From the NCBI GenBank assembly GCA_029881055.1, contig JAOUNH010000001.1, forward strand, positions 1 to 63,111: a stretch of DNA of 63,111 nucleotides, in the 5' to 3' direction. A model generated the notes under the pieces. That model was given only the letters and a program-made list of their open reading frames with translations. It did not search any database and was not told the origin of the DNA. Each line of letters starts with the position of its first letter. Positions within the stretch are counted from its first letter, which is position 1. The translations under genes were made by a program, and so were the position numbers. Shown here piece by piece: positions 16,924 through 26,652 of this stretch. The stretch comes from Gammaproteobacteria bacterium. GTDB taxonomy: Bacteria > Pseudomonadota > Gammaproteobacteria > Steroidobacterales > Woeseiaceae.

Positions 16924-17520
16924 ATGAAAAAAATAGCAATTACAGCCATCGCTCTCTTGTCGTCCATGTCGGCAGCGGCAGAACACCAATACATCGACTT
17001 TTCCAGGGCCGGCCATATGGTCATAGCGGGTCCGTTTAATGTCGTGATTCCGATACCGGAGAATGCCCGGGTTGGCGAACCGGAACATACAACGGAAAAG
17101 TTCCTGACCGAGACGCTTAAAGTGTCAAAAGCCGGATACTTTGCTGATGACCAGTTCGTGATGGTCCAGGTCGAGACGACCAACGCGCCGGCAGGGACGC
17201 TGACGAATGAAAACCTCCCGACTTACGCAATCGGTGACAGAATTTTTCGAGCTCGCACGCTCTGCATGGATATTAGCCAGGAGGATTTGGAGGCAAATGA
17301 TGCCCCGCTACTTGAATATGTCGAGGCCTACAATGTCCAGATAGTGCCAGCCGTACGAGCGGTGGAGCTGAGTGTTACGACTGACGATGGAACGGGCGAA
17401 GGCAGTATCGTCTATATGCGCAATGTTCCGGGCGGATGTGACGCAATGACGCCTGAATTCGAGTCCGAATTCGATGCCGCCTTTGCCAGGTTCATCGAAT
17501 CCATTCAGGATCGGAACTAG
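16924..17520 (+). CDS. Secreted hypothetical protein
   Basis: 198 aa with a clear signal peptide (MKKIAITAIALLSSMSAAAEH). I recognise no family. Confidence 0.55.
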   Translation: MKKIAITAIALLSSMSAAAEHQYIDFSRAGHMVIAGPFNVVIPIPENARVGEPEHTTEKFLTETLKVSKAGYFADDQFVMVQVETTNAPAGTLTNENLPTYAIGDRIFRARTLCMDISQEDLEANDAPLLEYVEAYNVQIVPAVRAVELSVTTDDGTGEGSIVYMRNVPGGCDAMTPEFESEFDAAFARFIESIQDRN

Positions 17521-17623
17521 GTTCTGCAGGCTTTTTATGGCCCGTGGGCGCGGTAGCCCAGTTTTGCGAGCAGCCTGACCGCGGCAACCAGATCCGCGGC
17601 TGACGCCGGTCGCAGAGTCAGGC

Positions 17624-18490
17624 TCATGGCGCGGCCCGCGCATCGCGGTTGATACGCGCCTGCTGCAAGGCGAGGCACATTGCGTTTCCGGCAATGATGA
17701 CGCGTGTCGTCGCCCTGCCGATCTCGTCGGCTGGCAACAAAAACTGGTTACCCAGGCGGTTTGCCGCCAAACCCGGCCAGCGCGCCCACTCCGCGAACGC
17801 GTCGTCACCGGCATCGGTACTTGCCAGCATAACCTCGGGATCGCGATCGATGACAGCTTCAACATCGACGGTCGGCGCAAGATTAGTCAGGTCGCTGAAA
17901 ATATTGACGCCACCACAGGCCGAAATCAGCTCACTGATGTAATGCTCGTTATTGATGGTATAAAGTGGCCGCGCCGCAACCTGGTAAAAAACCCGTATCG
18001 CTGGAAGTCCCGAGTAACGCTCGCGCATCGACTGCAATTCGGCACGATACTTCGTGGCCGCTGCTTCGGCCTCATCAACGTGGCCGGTCAGCTCGCCAAT
18101 CTTCTGCAGCGCGCTGGCAACATCGTCGAGACTCCGCGTGCGTATTGTGACTACCTTGTAACCGAGTCCCCGTAGCTCATCGACGACGTGAACGGGCGTG
18201 CCGCTCTCCCAGACCAGCAGCAAGTCGGGCCTGGCCAATGCAAGCTGCTCCTGGTCGACAGTGAATGCATCGCCAACGACGGGTAATTCGAGAACCTCGC
18301 GAGGGAAGTCAGACCAGGCGCTGACGCCAACCAACTGGGATCCGGCACCAACCGTAAACAGGAGTTCGGTCAGGTTGGGCGCCAGGGACACGATGCGCTC
18401 GGCAACGTCAGATTCGGTCGCGGCGTCTTGTTTTTCGGCACAGGCGCCGACGACGACCAGGGCCGCCAGCAGCGCCAGCCGCGGTTTCAC
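17624..18490 (-). CDS. Periplasmic binding protein of BtuF/FhuD (cluster A, type 8) family
   Basis: Lipoprotein signal (LAALVVVGAC) and a BtuF-like pattern (RIVSLAPNLTELLFTVGAGSQLVGVS...DLLLVW). The start overlaps the ampE stop by 4 nt. Confidence 0.78.
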   Translation of the reverse strand: MKPRLALLAALVVVGACAEKQDAATESDVAERIVSLAPNLTELLFTVGAGSQLVGVSAWSDFPREVLELPVVGDAFTVDQEQLALARPDLLLVWESGTPVHVVDELRGLGYKVVTIRTRSLDDVASALQKIGELTGHVDEAEAAATKYRAELQSMRERYSGLPAIRVFYQVAARPLYTINNEHYISELISACGGVNIFSDLTNLAPTVDVEAVIDRDPEVMLASTDAGDDAFAEWARWPGLAANRLGNQFLLPADEIGRATTRVIIAGNAMCLALQQARINRDARAAP

Positions 18491-19419
18491 CGCGTAAAGC
18501 CGTACAGGGTCATGGCAGCGATCACAACCGCCCAGATCAGCAACAAGCGAAAGACAAGTTTGTTGGCAGCCATGGCACCGCGAATGCCGCGCTCGCTTAC
18601 CGTTTCATCGTCCCCGTCGCGCAATGCCAATGCCGCGACACCGACGCGGGCAAGCAGGTGCTCATTTTGTTCGGACATGGAAGCGCCACGCTCTTCGGTT
18701 GGTGCGCGCAGCGCGGCGATGGCATCGTCTGCGTGCCCTGCGGCCGCATAGCCAAGGGCTGTCAGGCGCGCCGGTATCCAGGCGAGCAACGCGTGGATGC
18801 GTTCTGCCGCTTCCCGAATTCGCTCGAGATCACTACCGTTCTGCTCGTCGCGCGCGGCGCTGAACACAACCCTGCGACGAACCAGGTCGGTAACGCGGTA
18901 AATCCATGCTGCAAGCGGACCGATGGTACCGATGACCGCACCAAGGACCACGAACCAGAATACGACGGCGAACAATCGATTGTTCGCCTGCACACAAACC
19001 GCCGCTTCGACGCGTCCAATGAGTTCGCGCTCATTGGTCGGCACCTCGCCTTCAATGATTGCTTTGGCGGCTGCCCGAATCTTTTCATCGTCCCCACTTC
19101 GCAGTGCCTCGCAGTATTCGACCACTTCTTCGCCGATGTCCCTGGGCCCAAGGGAAACCAGCAATACGGCCACGGCGAGTATCAGGTAGGTAAAGCCTTG
19201 CAGGGTGTCGCCCAGGGTGTACATGACCGCGAATACGGGCAGCGCCAGTAGCGCCACCAGCATGAGCACGGGAATCAGCGCTGGCCAGCTACTGAGACGC
19301 TCTGCCACTTTGAGGCCGGCATCGATGATGCGATCCAGCCAGCGCATACGTCGCCAGTGGAACAGCTGCGTTGCCAGCCGTTCGATGATGAGACCAATAA
19401 GTAGTGCGATCAGATGCAT
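18487..19419 (-). CDS. ampE: AmpE-like inner-membrane regulatory protein
   Basis: The N-terminus (LIALLIGLIIERL) and the WIPARLTALGYAAAGH segment resemble E. coli AmpE. It lies immediately downstream of, and overlapping, ampD. Confidence 0.72.
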   Translation of the reverse strand: MHLIALLIGLIIERLATQLFHWRRMRWLDRIIDAGLKVAERLSSWPALIPVLMLVALLALPVFAVMYTLGDTLQGFTYLILAVAVLLVSLGPRDIGEEVVEYCEALRSGDDEKIRAAAKAIIEGEVPTNERELIGRVEAAVCVQANNRLFAVVFWFVVLGAVIGTIGPLAAWIYRVTDLVRRRVVFSAARDEQNGSDLERIREAAERIHALLAWIPARLTALGYAAAGHADDAIAALRAPTEERGASMSEQNEHLLARVGVAALALRDGDDETVSERGIRGAMAANKLVFRLLLIWAVVIAAMTLYGFTR

Positions 19420-20060
19420 GAGTCGTGTTTCTCGGCTGTCGTCCCTAGTGCATCATACAAGCGCAGCCAGTCGAATGCAGGGCCTGGATCGGTTTTGCGT
19501 CCGGGCGCGACATCGCAATGGCCGGCAAGCTCGCGCGGTGTAATGCGCGGATAGGCCGCCGACAAGGCCTGAAGCACGGCTGCAAGCACACGATACTGGC
19601 GATCGTCATACGGAGTTTCGTCTTCGCCCTCAAGCTCTATGCCTATTGAAAAGTCGTTGCAGCGCGCATGTCCGCGAAACCGCGACTCGCCTGCGTGCCA
19701 GGCGCGTTCGTTGAACGGCACAAACTGCACGAGTTCTCCGTCGCGCCTGATCAGCAGGTGTGAGGAAACCTGCAGGCCACGGATCTCGCCAAAATAGGGA
19801 TGTGCATCCCAGTCGAGGCCGTTAAGGAACAAGGCTTCGATTTCACCGCCGCCGAAAGCGCCGGGCGGCAAACTGATACCGTGCAGGACAATCATTTCGA
19901 GATTCGCGCCGGCCGGGCGCTCATCCCTGTTCGGACTCAGGCAAACCCGTGCAGGCGCTATCAGCCCGGATTGCGGATCCACCGTATATTCGTCAGGCAG
20001 GTTCAGGCATGATTTCGAAGACATGAGTGCGAGGCTATTTGTTTCAGGCGCGTTGAGCAA
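19410..20060 (-). CDS. ampD: 1,6-anhydro-N-acetylmuramyl-L-alanine amidase
   Basis: AmpD pattern (SPNRDERP...IVLHGISLPPGAFGG...SSHLLIRRDGELVQFV...RAWHAG). The start is uncertain: an alternative ATG at 20024 shares the palindrome CATG with the rsmE start. Confidence 0.88.
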   Translation of the reverse strand: MLNAPETNSLALMSSKSCLNLPDEYTVDPQSGLIAPARVCLSPNRDERPAGANLEMIVLHGISLPPGAFGGGEIEALFLNGLDWDAHPYFGEIRGLQVSSHLLIRRDGELVQFVPFNERAWHAGESRFRGHARCNDFSIGIELEGEDETPYDDRQYRVLAAVLQALSAAYPRITPRELAGHCDVAPGRKTDPGPAFDWLRLYDALGTTAEKHDSCI

Positions 20061-20757
20061 CGGTGCCGAGATCGAACTGGACGGGGATCAGTCTCGATAC
20101 CTCGGAAAGGTGCTGCGCGCTCGTATCGGAGACCGGGTCGCGGTCTTCAATGGCGAAGGGCCGGAGTGGCCGGCAACGGTTTTGCGCATTTCCAGGAACT
20201 CGGTCTGCCTCGCGCTCGGCGACAGCGTTGAGACGGGCACAGAGTCGCCGCTCAAGATTCATCTCGTCCAGGGCATTTCGCGTGGCGAACGCATGGATAT
20301 CGTCGTGCAAAAGGCCACCGAACTGGGCGTGAAGCGCATCACGCCTGTAATAACTGAATTCGGTGTCGTAAAACTCGATCCGGATCGCGCGGAAAAACGT
20401 CGCGAACATTGGCAAAGGGTCGCCGCCAGTGCCTGCGAACAATCGGGCAGGACGCGGCCGCCCCTGATTGACGCTCCTCTGTCGCTGAAAACCTGGTTTG
20501 GTTCCAAACCGCCTTCGACCGATACGGAACTGATCCTGACGCCGGCTGCCACCACGTCGCTCGCAAGCCTTACCGCGCCGCAGACCAAGGTTTGCGTTCT
20601 AATAGGCCCGGAGGGCGGCTTCAGCGATGCTGAGCACGGTGACGCACAGGTGTCTGGATTCACTGCGGTGTCATTGGGGCCGCGTGTGCTGCGCACCGAG
20701 TCCGCCGCCATTGCGGCACTGTCTGTGATGCAGTCTTTGTGGGGCGATTTGCGCTAG
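20023..20757 (+). CDS. rsmE: 16S rRNA (uracil1498-N3)-methyltransferase
   Basis: 244 aa with an RsmE pattern (HLVQGISRGERMDIVVQKATELGV ... LIGPEGGFS..E). Confidence 0.88.
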   Translation: MSARLFVSGALSNGAEIELDGDQSRYLGKVLRARIGDRVAVFNGEGPEWPATVLRISRNSVCLALGDSVETGTESPLKIHLVQGISRGERMDIVVQKATELGVKRITPVITEFGVVKLDPDRAEKRREHWQRVAASACEQSGRTRPPLIDAPLSLKTWFGSKPPSTDTELILTPAATTSLASLTAPQTKVCVLIGPEGGFSDAEHGDAQVSGFTAVSLGPRVLRTESAAIAALSVMQSLWGDLR

Positions 20758-20787
20758 GGCCCTGACACTCAACTGACAAGCGCCGCC

Positions 20788-21258
20788 TCAGGCTTGCAGG
20801 AACTCTTTCGCAATCATGGCTTCGATCTTTTCGAGATCCGGAATTATCGGATACTCGTTGATCATACGAACGCGGCAAAGTATCGGTGCCTGCTCCGGCC
20901 AGCCATCCTTCGCTTCAAGTTTCAGCACCTCGCGATTCACGCGCACGAGTTGCGGGAAGCCTTGCGTCAGTACGCCGAAGAAGCCTGTCTTGAGTTGCCC
21001 TGTGTTCGCATAAAACACCACGACTCGCGTACGACCAGTCATTACCGGCACACTTTTGCCGATGGCGCCCTCGAATGAGATTACCGGCAACGATCGGCCA
21101 TTCCAGTTGATCGTGCCCATCATCCATTCCTCTGCGCCTTCCTTGTTGGCAGTTTTGGAATAACGGACAACTTCGGCGACGCAGGCACGCGGCACGATCA
21201 GGCGATCTTCCGAAAGCGGCACAAGCAGGCTGTACAGTTCTTCTGTTTCAGCACTCAT
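20788..21258 (-). CDS. chpC: CheW-like coupling protein at the end of the Pil-Chp cluster (ChpC-like)
   Basis: 156-aa CheW-fold pattern (LLVPL..DRLIVPRACVAEVV....W.G..LPVISFE). Its start overlaps the chpA stop by 4 nt. Confidence 0.78.
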   Translation of the reverse strand: MSAETEELYSLLVPLSEDRLIVPRACVAEVVRYSKTANKEGAEEWMMGTINWNGRSLPVISFEGAIGKSVPVMTGRTRVVVFYANTGQLKTGFFGVLTQGFPQLVRVNREVLKLEAKDGWPEQAPILCRVRMINEYPIIPDLEKIEAMIAKEFLQA

Positions 21259-24200
21259 TGCAATTGAATTCCCCGTTCTTCCAGCTGGCGGCGGATTGCT
21301 TCGAGCAATTGCGTATCCTGGTACGGTTTGCCGAGGTAATCGTTGACGCCCAGTTCGATGGCGCGCGCACGATGCTTGTCACCGCCCCGGGACGTAATCA
21401 TGATGATCGGCACCTCTGAAAACCGGTCGTCGTTGCGCACATGTGACGCGAATTCGTAACCGTCCATACGCGGCATTTCGATATCGAGCAGAATAATGTC
21501 GGGCTTCGCATCCTGCAGCACGGCGATCGCGTCGAGTCCGTCTTTCGCCGTTATACAACGCATGCCGTTGCGCTGCAGAACTCGTTCAGTAACGCGGCGT
21601 ACAGTGATCGAGTCGTCTACGACGAGCACCAGTGGCCGATCATCGCTTGGGGTCGGCGCCGCCTTTTTAAGTTCGACGACCGGAGCACCCGTGCGCACTA
21701 GCGCGTGAATATCCAGGATCAGGACTATGCTGCCGTCGCCGAGAATCGTTGCGCCGGACACGCCACGTATACCGGCCAGCTGTGGTCCCACCGCTTTCAC
21801 AACAATCTCGCGACTCGCGAGCATTTCGTCGACCAGCAGAGCAGCCGAATAGTCGCCGGCACGGACGAGGATGATCGGAACAAAGGCGTCTTCTTCGGGC
21901 AATTTGGCCGCCTGTCCACCCAGGTACATACCGAGATGCCGGAATTTGTAAGCCTGTTCGCCGTACTGGTAACTCGGTTCGGTCTGGCTCAGCAATCGTT
22001 CCAGTTCCCGGCGCGGAATTCGCGCGACGCCTTCAACCGTCGGCAGTGGCAGTGCATAGACTTCTTCGCCGGTGCGCACAATCAATGCCTGCGTAATGGC
22101 CAGCGTAAATGGCAGCCGAACCGTGAAGTTGGTGCCCTGGCCGGTCACCGAACTGATACGCAGTGAACCACCGAGTTTCTTGACTTCGTTGGCTACGACA
22201 TCCATGCCAACACCGCGCCCCGCCGATTGCGTCACCGCGCTCGCCGTAGTAAATCCCGGCGTCAGGATGATCTGCATGATCTCGTCGTCGGTCGCTTTGC
22301 TGTCCTGCTTCAGGAGATCCAGCTCGTAGGCTTTGCGGCGTATCGCCTCGACATCCAGGCCCGTGCCGTCATCGGCGACATCAATCACCATCTCTGCACC
22401 TTCACGGTGCAGGCGTATGGCAATCCGACCGACCGCGGGCTTGCCTGCAGCCTGGCGTAGCGCCGGCTTCTCTATGCCGTGCACGACAGCGTTGCGCAGC
22501 ATGTGTTCAAAGGGCGGCAACATTTTGTCGAGCACCTGGCGATCCAGCTCACCGGACGCGCCTTCTACAATCAGTTCCGCACGCTTGCCAGCTTCTTCAG
22601 ATACCTGCCGGACGAGCCGGGTCAGGCGGCCGACGTGCCGCTCAAAGGGCACCATGCGCGTGCGCATGAGGCCGTCCTGCAATTCCGCTGTCACGCGCGA
22701 TTGCTGCACGAGCAAAGCCTCGGCTTCGGTTGTCACTGACTGCAGCAGATCTTTGAGACTTCCGAGGTCATTAGCTGACTCGGCCAATGCACGGGACAAC
22801 TGCTGAATCATGGAGTAACGATCAAGTTCGAGCGGATCGAAATCGCGTGCTACCAGGGTGTCCTGGTGACTGTGCATGATCTGCGCTTCAGTTTCGTTTT
22901 CGAGTTTTCTGAGCTGCTCGCGCAATCGCGCCACGGTCTGTTCGAGCTCGTCAACGTGAAACTCAAAAGTGGTGACCTGCTGACTCAGACGCGAATGATA
23001 GATACTGATCTCGCCCGCCGCGTTCAACAGATCTTCCAGCAACTCGGCATCGATGCGCGCGAATTCCTGGCGCGATTCGGGCTGTCGTATCGAGCGAACT
23101 TCGGCCGGCGCTTTCCGCGGCGGCGTTTTTGGTTCCGGCTCCGGCTCGGGTTCTGGCTCCGGCTCGGGTTCTGGCTCCGGCTCCGGCTCGGGTTCTGGCT
23201 CCGGCTCGGGCTCGGGCTCGGGTACCATTTCAAGTTCAGGCGGCCGGGTGGCTACTTCTTTCTCACGACTCAACTCGGCCAGTTCGTCGGCCAGTGGCGA
23301 ATCGACTATCACCATGCTGACGGTGTCGTCAGGTTCGATGGTAAAGGCCGCGGACGGCGCCTCCTCGACACTTGTGTCCGCCATCGCGATCTCGACGTCA
23401 GCATCATCGGCTACTTCGAAACCGGCATTCGCATTCTGTATTCGTTGTTCGAGTTCAGTCGAGGGCCTGACCGGCTTGCCGGCGATCACGGTATCGCGCA
23501 TGCGGTGCAGCTCGTCGATGCTGCGCTGCAACAAATCTTCGACTGCGGGCGTTGCCTTGACGCGCCCCTCATCCACCGAAATCAACAGTGTCTCGAGCTC
23601 GTGACTCAAATTGCCCATCGCCGTTATGCCGGCCATTCGGGCACCACCTTTGAGCGTATGCAGGTGCCGCTTGAGTTCGTCCATCGGCTTCGCAGACCGA
23701 TCTTTCGACCAGAGTATGAGCGCCTGGTCCGCCTCTTCGAGCAATTCCGCGGATTCTTCCGTGAATATCGCGGCGATCTCCGCATCGTATTCCGCTTCGT
23801 CGCTTTGCTCTGCGACAAGAACGGGTTTCGGTGCGGCTTTCGCGGGCTCGGCCGGCTTGGGCTGAGGCGGTGCGCTTGCCGCTGAACGAACTGCGTCTGA
23901 CACTTTGGTGATGTGTGCGATCAACGCGGTGTAATCGGCGCGATCCCTATCCGGATTGTTGATGTCCCTGACGATCGTCGCGATAGCTCGCGCTGCAGCG
24001 CGCAACACATCGAGGCCGGAGCGCTGAAAACCGATCTTGTGATCGTAGACATGACGCACGAAACGATTCAGGACGGCCGCAACCGCAACACCACGCTCGA
24101 CATTTGCCATGTTCGCGCTGCCGTGCAATGTGTGGCATGCGCGATGCAACTTGTCCGTGACATCAAACGGTGGCTCGTGGCCCTCACAGGCTGCAAGGTA

Positions 24201-26627
24201 GTCTGTGATGACCTTCAAGTGCCCGGCCGTCTCTTTGGAGAAGATATCGTAAAGCACCGGGTCCATCTCGAGCGCGGGCTCTTCCGCGACAGGCTCGATG
24301 CTGGGTGCCGCGGCGATTGTCAGAACCGCGGCATTTGGATCACCGTCGGCAAATGCGTTGGCTCGCGCGATATACAGATTGATATCCGATTTCGGTTTCG
24401 TGCCGACTTCCAGCTGCTCGACAAGCTCTGGCACGGCGGCGGCCGCAAGCTGGATGAAATCAATCATCGGCGGCGTGCGCTGCAACGTGTGGTTGATCAG
24501 TCGATTGAGCAGGTTCTCTATGGACCAGCAGTATTCGCCAATGCGTTCGGCTCCGACCATCCGTCCACTGCCCTTCAGCGTATGGAAGGATCGTCGGACG
24601 GTAATGAGCAGCTCCATGGCGTCGGGTGTAGCCGCCCACGCCGGCAGGTGACGCCTGATCGACGCGATCTCTTCCTTCGCCTCTTCGATGAAGACTTCGA
24701 TCAGCTCCGGGTCAACGTGCTGCCTGTCTTGAGACACGACAGGTAACGGAATTACCGCGGTTTCCTGTTGCCGTGCTGGCGCTGCGGGCTTTTGCAAAGC
24801 CTCGGCGGCACGCTTTTCAATGCCCTCGATCGACAATTTCTGCGTGATTTCAATTCCCGCGCCGGTTTCTTCCTTGACTTCCCGCATGCGCGCTTCGACA
24901 TCGCGCAGCACCGCGAGGCAGGCTTCCGCGTTGTCCAGCATGTACCAGGGCTCGCTGCGCCCCGCCTTAACCGTCTCCATGTAATATTCAATGCTCACGA
25001 TGACGTCAGCGAGACGGTCCGTTTCTTTTTGATTCAGGATTTTCGGGCCACCCGCATTCAACATCGCGGTTACCAGTCGACCGACACGGTCCACCACCTC
25101 CATCGCACGTGGCTTGTCGAGTATCAACAAACCCGATTTGATGCCGCGTATCAGCATAGGGATGCTATCAAGTCCCTGCGAGCCGGATTCCGAATTGAAA
25201 CTCTGGCTGATTGTTTCTTTAATGCGGGCGAGATTGATAATGCACTCTCGCATTACGGACTGAGTGACTTTGCGAAAATCGCCGTCGTCGTCGGGCGGCG
25301 CTGTTGAACTTCCCGGTTCACGCGGAGCGGTGAGCCGCAGCAACTGTTGGTCGAGACGATCTTCCACGCGCAACAAAGTCGATGCGATATCCAGTATTAC
25401 CTGCTCATTCGCAACTCCACCCCGTTCGACGACTGTTTTGAGCCTGTCAATTTCGCCCTCAACGTTGCCGCGCAATTCACCAAGGCCCAGGACGCCGAGC
25501 GTATCGCTGATCTTTTTCAGCAATTCCAGTTGCGGCACCAACTCTGACGACTTGTTCATGCCAGTACGAACAAAAATATCCAGCACGTCCTTGACGCGAC
25601 TCAGGTCATCCTTGATCGCCGCAGCAACCGTTTGCATGAGCTTCGCGCTGGGAGCCGACAGAGCTTCCCGCGCCTCTTCCACCTGCTCGTCCCCGGGAAG
25701 CAGCTCGGAAAGATTGAATGCCGCACGGATCTCCCGGATGCGGGTGCCGGCGCTACTGGAGCGAGCGACGTAATAAAGGAGATTGTTCAGCAGATCGTCA
25801 ACGGGATGACGGTCGTAAGCATCCAGTCCTTCGTCAATGACGTACTTGAGCTGCCGGTCAGTTTGCCCGAGCAACCGTTTGACGGCTATTGATGTTTCGA
25901 GACCGCCATTCTGCAGCGCCTCCAGCACACCGGACACGATCCACCAGAGCTGGTACATGTCGTCGCGTATCGACGAATTTTCGAGCGCTGCAGAAACCTT
26001 GGACAGCGTATCGAGATGGCGCTTGGCGTCGCCACCCTGAATCCAGCCGAGCAGTGCCAATTGAAACTTCGGCCGCAGTCGCTTGGCGACCAGGACCGGA
26101 TCCTCGCCACTGCCTTCGCGGGGTGCATCCTTTCTTTTTGCGCGGCTTGGCGACAGATTCAAAAGCAGCAGCGTGCCTTCGGACAACAGGGGCTCGCCGC
26201 GTGCTGCGCGCAGGTCGTTTAACATCGGCAGCAGGACGAGCGCGATGTCCCGCCCGCCGGCTATCAGCCTTTCTATGTAGGCCGGCAGTTGCACCATTGC
26301 CCGCGTCAGTGCATCCAGACCGTCTTCGCGGCCTTTGCCGCTGCGCAGGTTGACGAGGTAGTCACAGACGAGCTCCATCTCTTCAACAAGCAGAGCCGCG
26401 CCGTAGGTTTCCGTTATTCTCAACGCGCCGCGCGCCTGGTGCAGCAACTCGCCGGCGCGTTTGAGCGCCGCCGTGCCACCTCGACCGTCCACGCAATCCT
26501 CAAGCGCAAGGTGCGCGTTGCGAATGGTCTCCATGAGCTCGGTGCCAACAATAGACAGTGCGCTCAGCGCACCGGACGCGTTGTCGTCGCCGATCATTTG
26601 CTCGTGAATGCCTGTATCACCCGTCAT
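21255..26627 (-). CDS. chpA: Hybrid histidine kinase ChpA (multi-Hpt CheA-type kinase with C-terminal receiver)
   Basis: There are at least three canonical Hpt histidine motifs (FHTLKGSGRMVGA, CHTLHGSANMANV, LHTLKGGARMAGI) plus degenerate N-terminal Hpt-like repeats. HATPase boxes (HMLRNAVVHGIE, DDGTGLD, GRGVGMD), a CheW-like domain and a receiver (LVVDDS...DIEMPRMDG) follow. The track ORF starts at 26732 inside pilJ, so I prefer the ATG at 26627 (alternatives 26708 and 26597). Confidence 0.9.
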   Translation of the reverse strand: MTGDTGIHEQMIGDDNASGALSALSIVGTELMETIRNAHLALEDCVDGRGGTAALKRAGELLHQARGALRITETYGAALLVEEMELVCDYLVNLRSGKGREDGLDALTRAMVQLPAYIERLIAGGRDIALVLLPMLNDLRAARGEPLLSEGTLLLLNLSPSRAKRKDAPREGSGEDPVLVAKRLRPKFQLALLGWIQGGDAKRHLDTLSKVSAALENSSIRDDMYQLWWIVSGVLEALQNGGLETSIAVKRLLGQTDRQLKYVIDEGLDAYDRHPVDDLLNNLLYYVARSSSAGTRIREIRAAFNLSELLPGDEQVEEAREALSAPSAKLMQTVAAAIKDDLSRVKDVLDIFVRTGMNKSSELVPQLELLKKISDTLGVLGLGELRGNVEGEIDRLKTVVERGGVANEQVILDIASTLLRVEDRLDQQLLRLTAPREPGSSTAPPDDDGDFRKVTQSVMRECIINLARIKETISQSFNSESGSQGLDSIPMLIRGIKSGLLILDKPRAMEVVDRVGRLVTAMLNAGGPKILNQKETDRLADVIVSIEYYMETVKAGRSEPWYMLDNAEACLAVLRDVEARMREVKEETGAGIEITQKLSIEGIEKRAAEALQKPAAPARQQETAVIPLPVVSQDRQHVDPELIEVFIEEAKEEIASIRRHLPAWAATPDAMELLITVRRSFHTLKGSGRMVGAERIGEYCWSIENLLNRLINHTLQRTPPMIDFIQLAAAAVPELVEQLEVGTKPKSDINLYIARANAFADGDPNAAVLTIAAAPSIEPVAEEPALEMDPVLYDIFSKETAGHLKVITDYLAACEGHEPPFDVTDKLHRACHTLHGSANMANVERGVAVAAVLNRFVRHVYDHKIGFQRSGLDVLRAAARAIATIVRDINNPDRDRADYTALIAHITKVSDAVRSAASAPPQPKPAEPAKAAPKPVLVAEQSDEAEYDAEIAAIFTEESAELLEEADQALILWSKDRSAKPMDELKRHLHTLKGGARMAGITAMGNLSHELETLLISVDEGRVKATPAVEDLLQRSIDELHRMRDTVIAGKPVRPSTELEQRIQNANAGFEVADDADVEIAMADTSVEEAPSAAFTIEPDDTVSMVIVDSPLADELAELSREKEVATRPPELEMVPEPEPEPEPEPEPEPEPEPEPEPEPEPEPEPKTPPRKAPAEVRSIRQPESRQEFARIDAELLEDLLNAAGEISIYHSRLSQQVTTFEFHVDELEQTVARLREQLRKLENETEAQIMHSHQDTLVARDFDPLELDRYSMIQQLSRALAESANDLGSLKDLLQSVTTEAEALLVQQSRVTAELQDGLMRTRMVPFERHVGRLTRLVRQVSEEAGKRAELIVEGASGELDRQVLDKMLPPFEHMLRNAVVHGIEKPALRQAAGKPAVGRIAIRLHREGAEMVIDVADDGTGLDVEAIRRKAYELDLLKQDSKATDDEIMQIILTPGFTTASAVTQSAGRGVGMDVVANEVKKLGGSLRISSVTGQGTNFTVRLPFTLAITQALIVRTGEEVYALPLPTVEGVARIPRRELERLLSQTEPSYQYGEQAYKFRHLGMYLGGQAAKLPEEDAFVPIILVRAGDYSAALLVDEMLASREIVVKAVGPQLAGIRGVSGATILGDGSIVLILDIHALVRTGAPVVELKKAAPTPSDDRPLVLVVDDSITVRRVTERVLQRNGMRCITAKDGLDAIAVLQDAKPDIILLDIEMPRMDGYEFASHVRNDDRFSEVPIIMITSRGGDKHRARAIELGVNDYLGKPYQDTQLLEAIRRQLEERGIQLQ
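23131..23226 (-). repeat. In-frame hexanucleotide tandem repeat encoding (Pro-Glu)15 inside chpA
   Basis: 16 consecutive GGYTCB hexamers on the plus strand (GGTACC terminal), with a recurring 18-nt superunit GGCTCCGGCTCGGGTTCT. The minus strand reads MV(PE)15PK. Confidence 0.9.
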
Positions 26628-26652
26628 CTCGTTGTCTGCATCCCGCAGGCGT

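Noticed and set aside
20022-20060. Head-to-head overlap of the ampD and rsmE 5' ends (start codons sharing the palindrome CATG at 20022-20025 if ampD starts at its 13th codon)
   Set aside because: This is probably a start-codon annotation issue. AmpD homologues begin close to the conserved segment further downstream, so the true overlap may be minimal. It is not evidence of a special mechanism.
23131-23226. Tandem repeat as a CRISPR array or other non-coding repeat
   Set aside because: The unit length is 6 nt with no spacers. It lies in frame within chpA and encodes (PE)15.
22866-23885. Long plus-strand ORF (339 aa) and several others (21705-22166, 23913-24746, 24768-25307, 25264-25773) inside the chpA region
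   Set aside because: They are antisense shadow ORFs within a GC-rich gene whose minus-strand frame has unmistakable Hpt/HATPase/CheW/receiver motifs. Their translations are Arg/Gly/Leu-rich low-complexity sequence without motifs.
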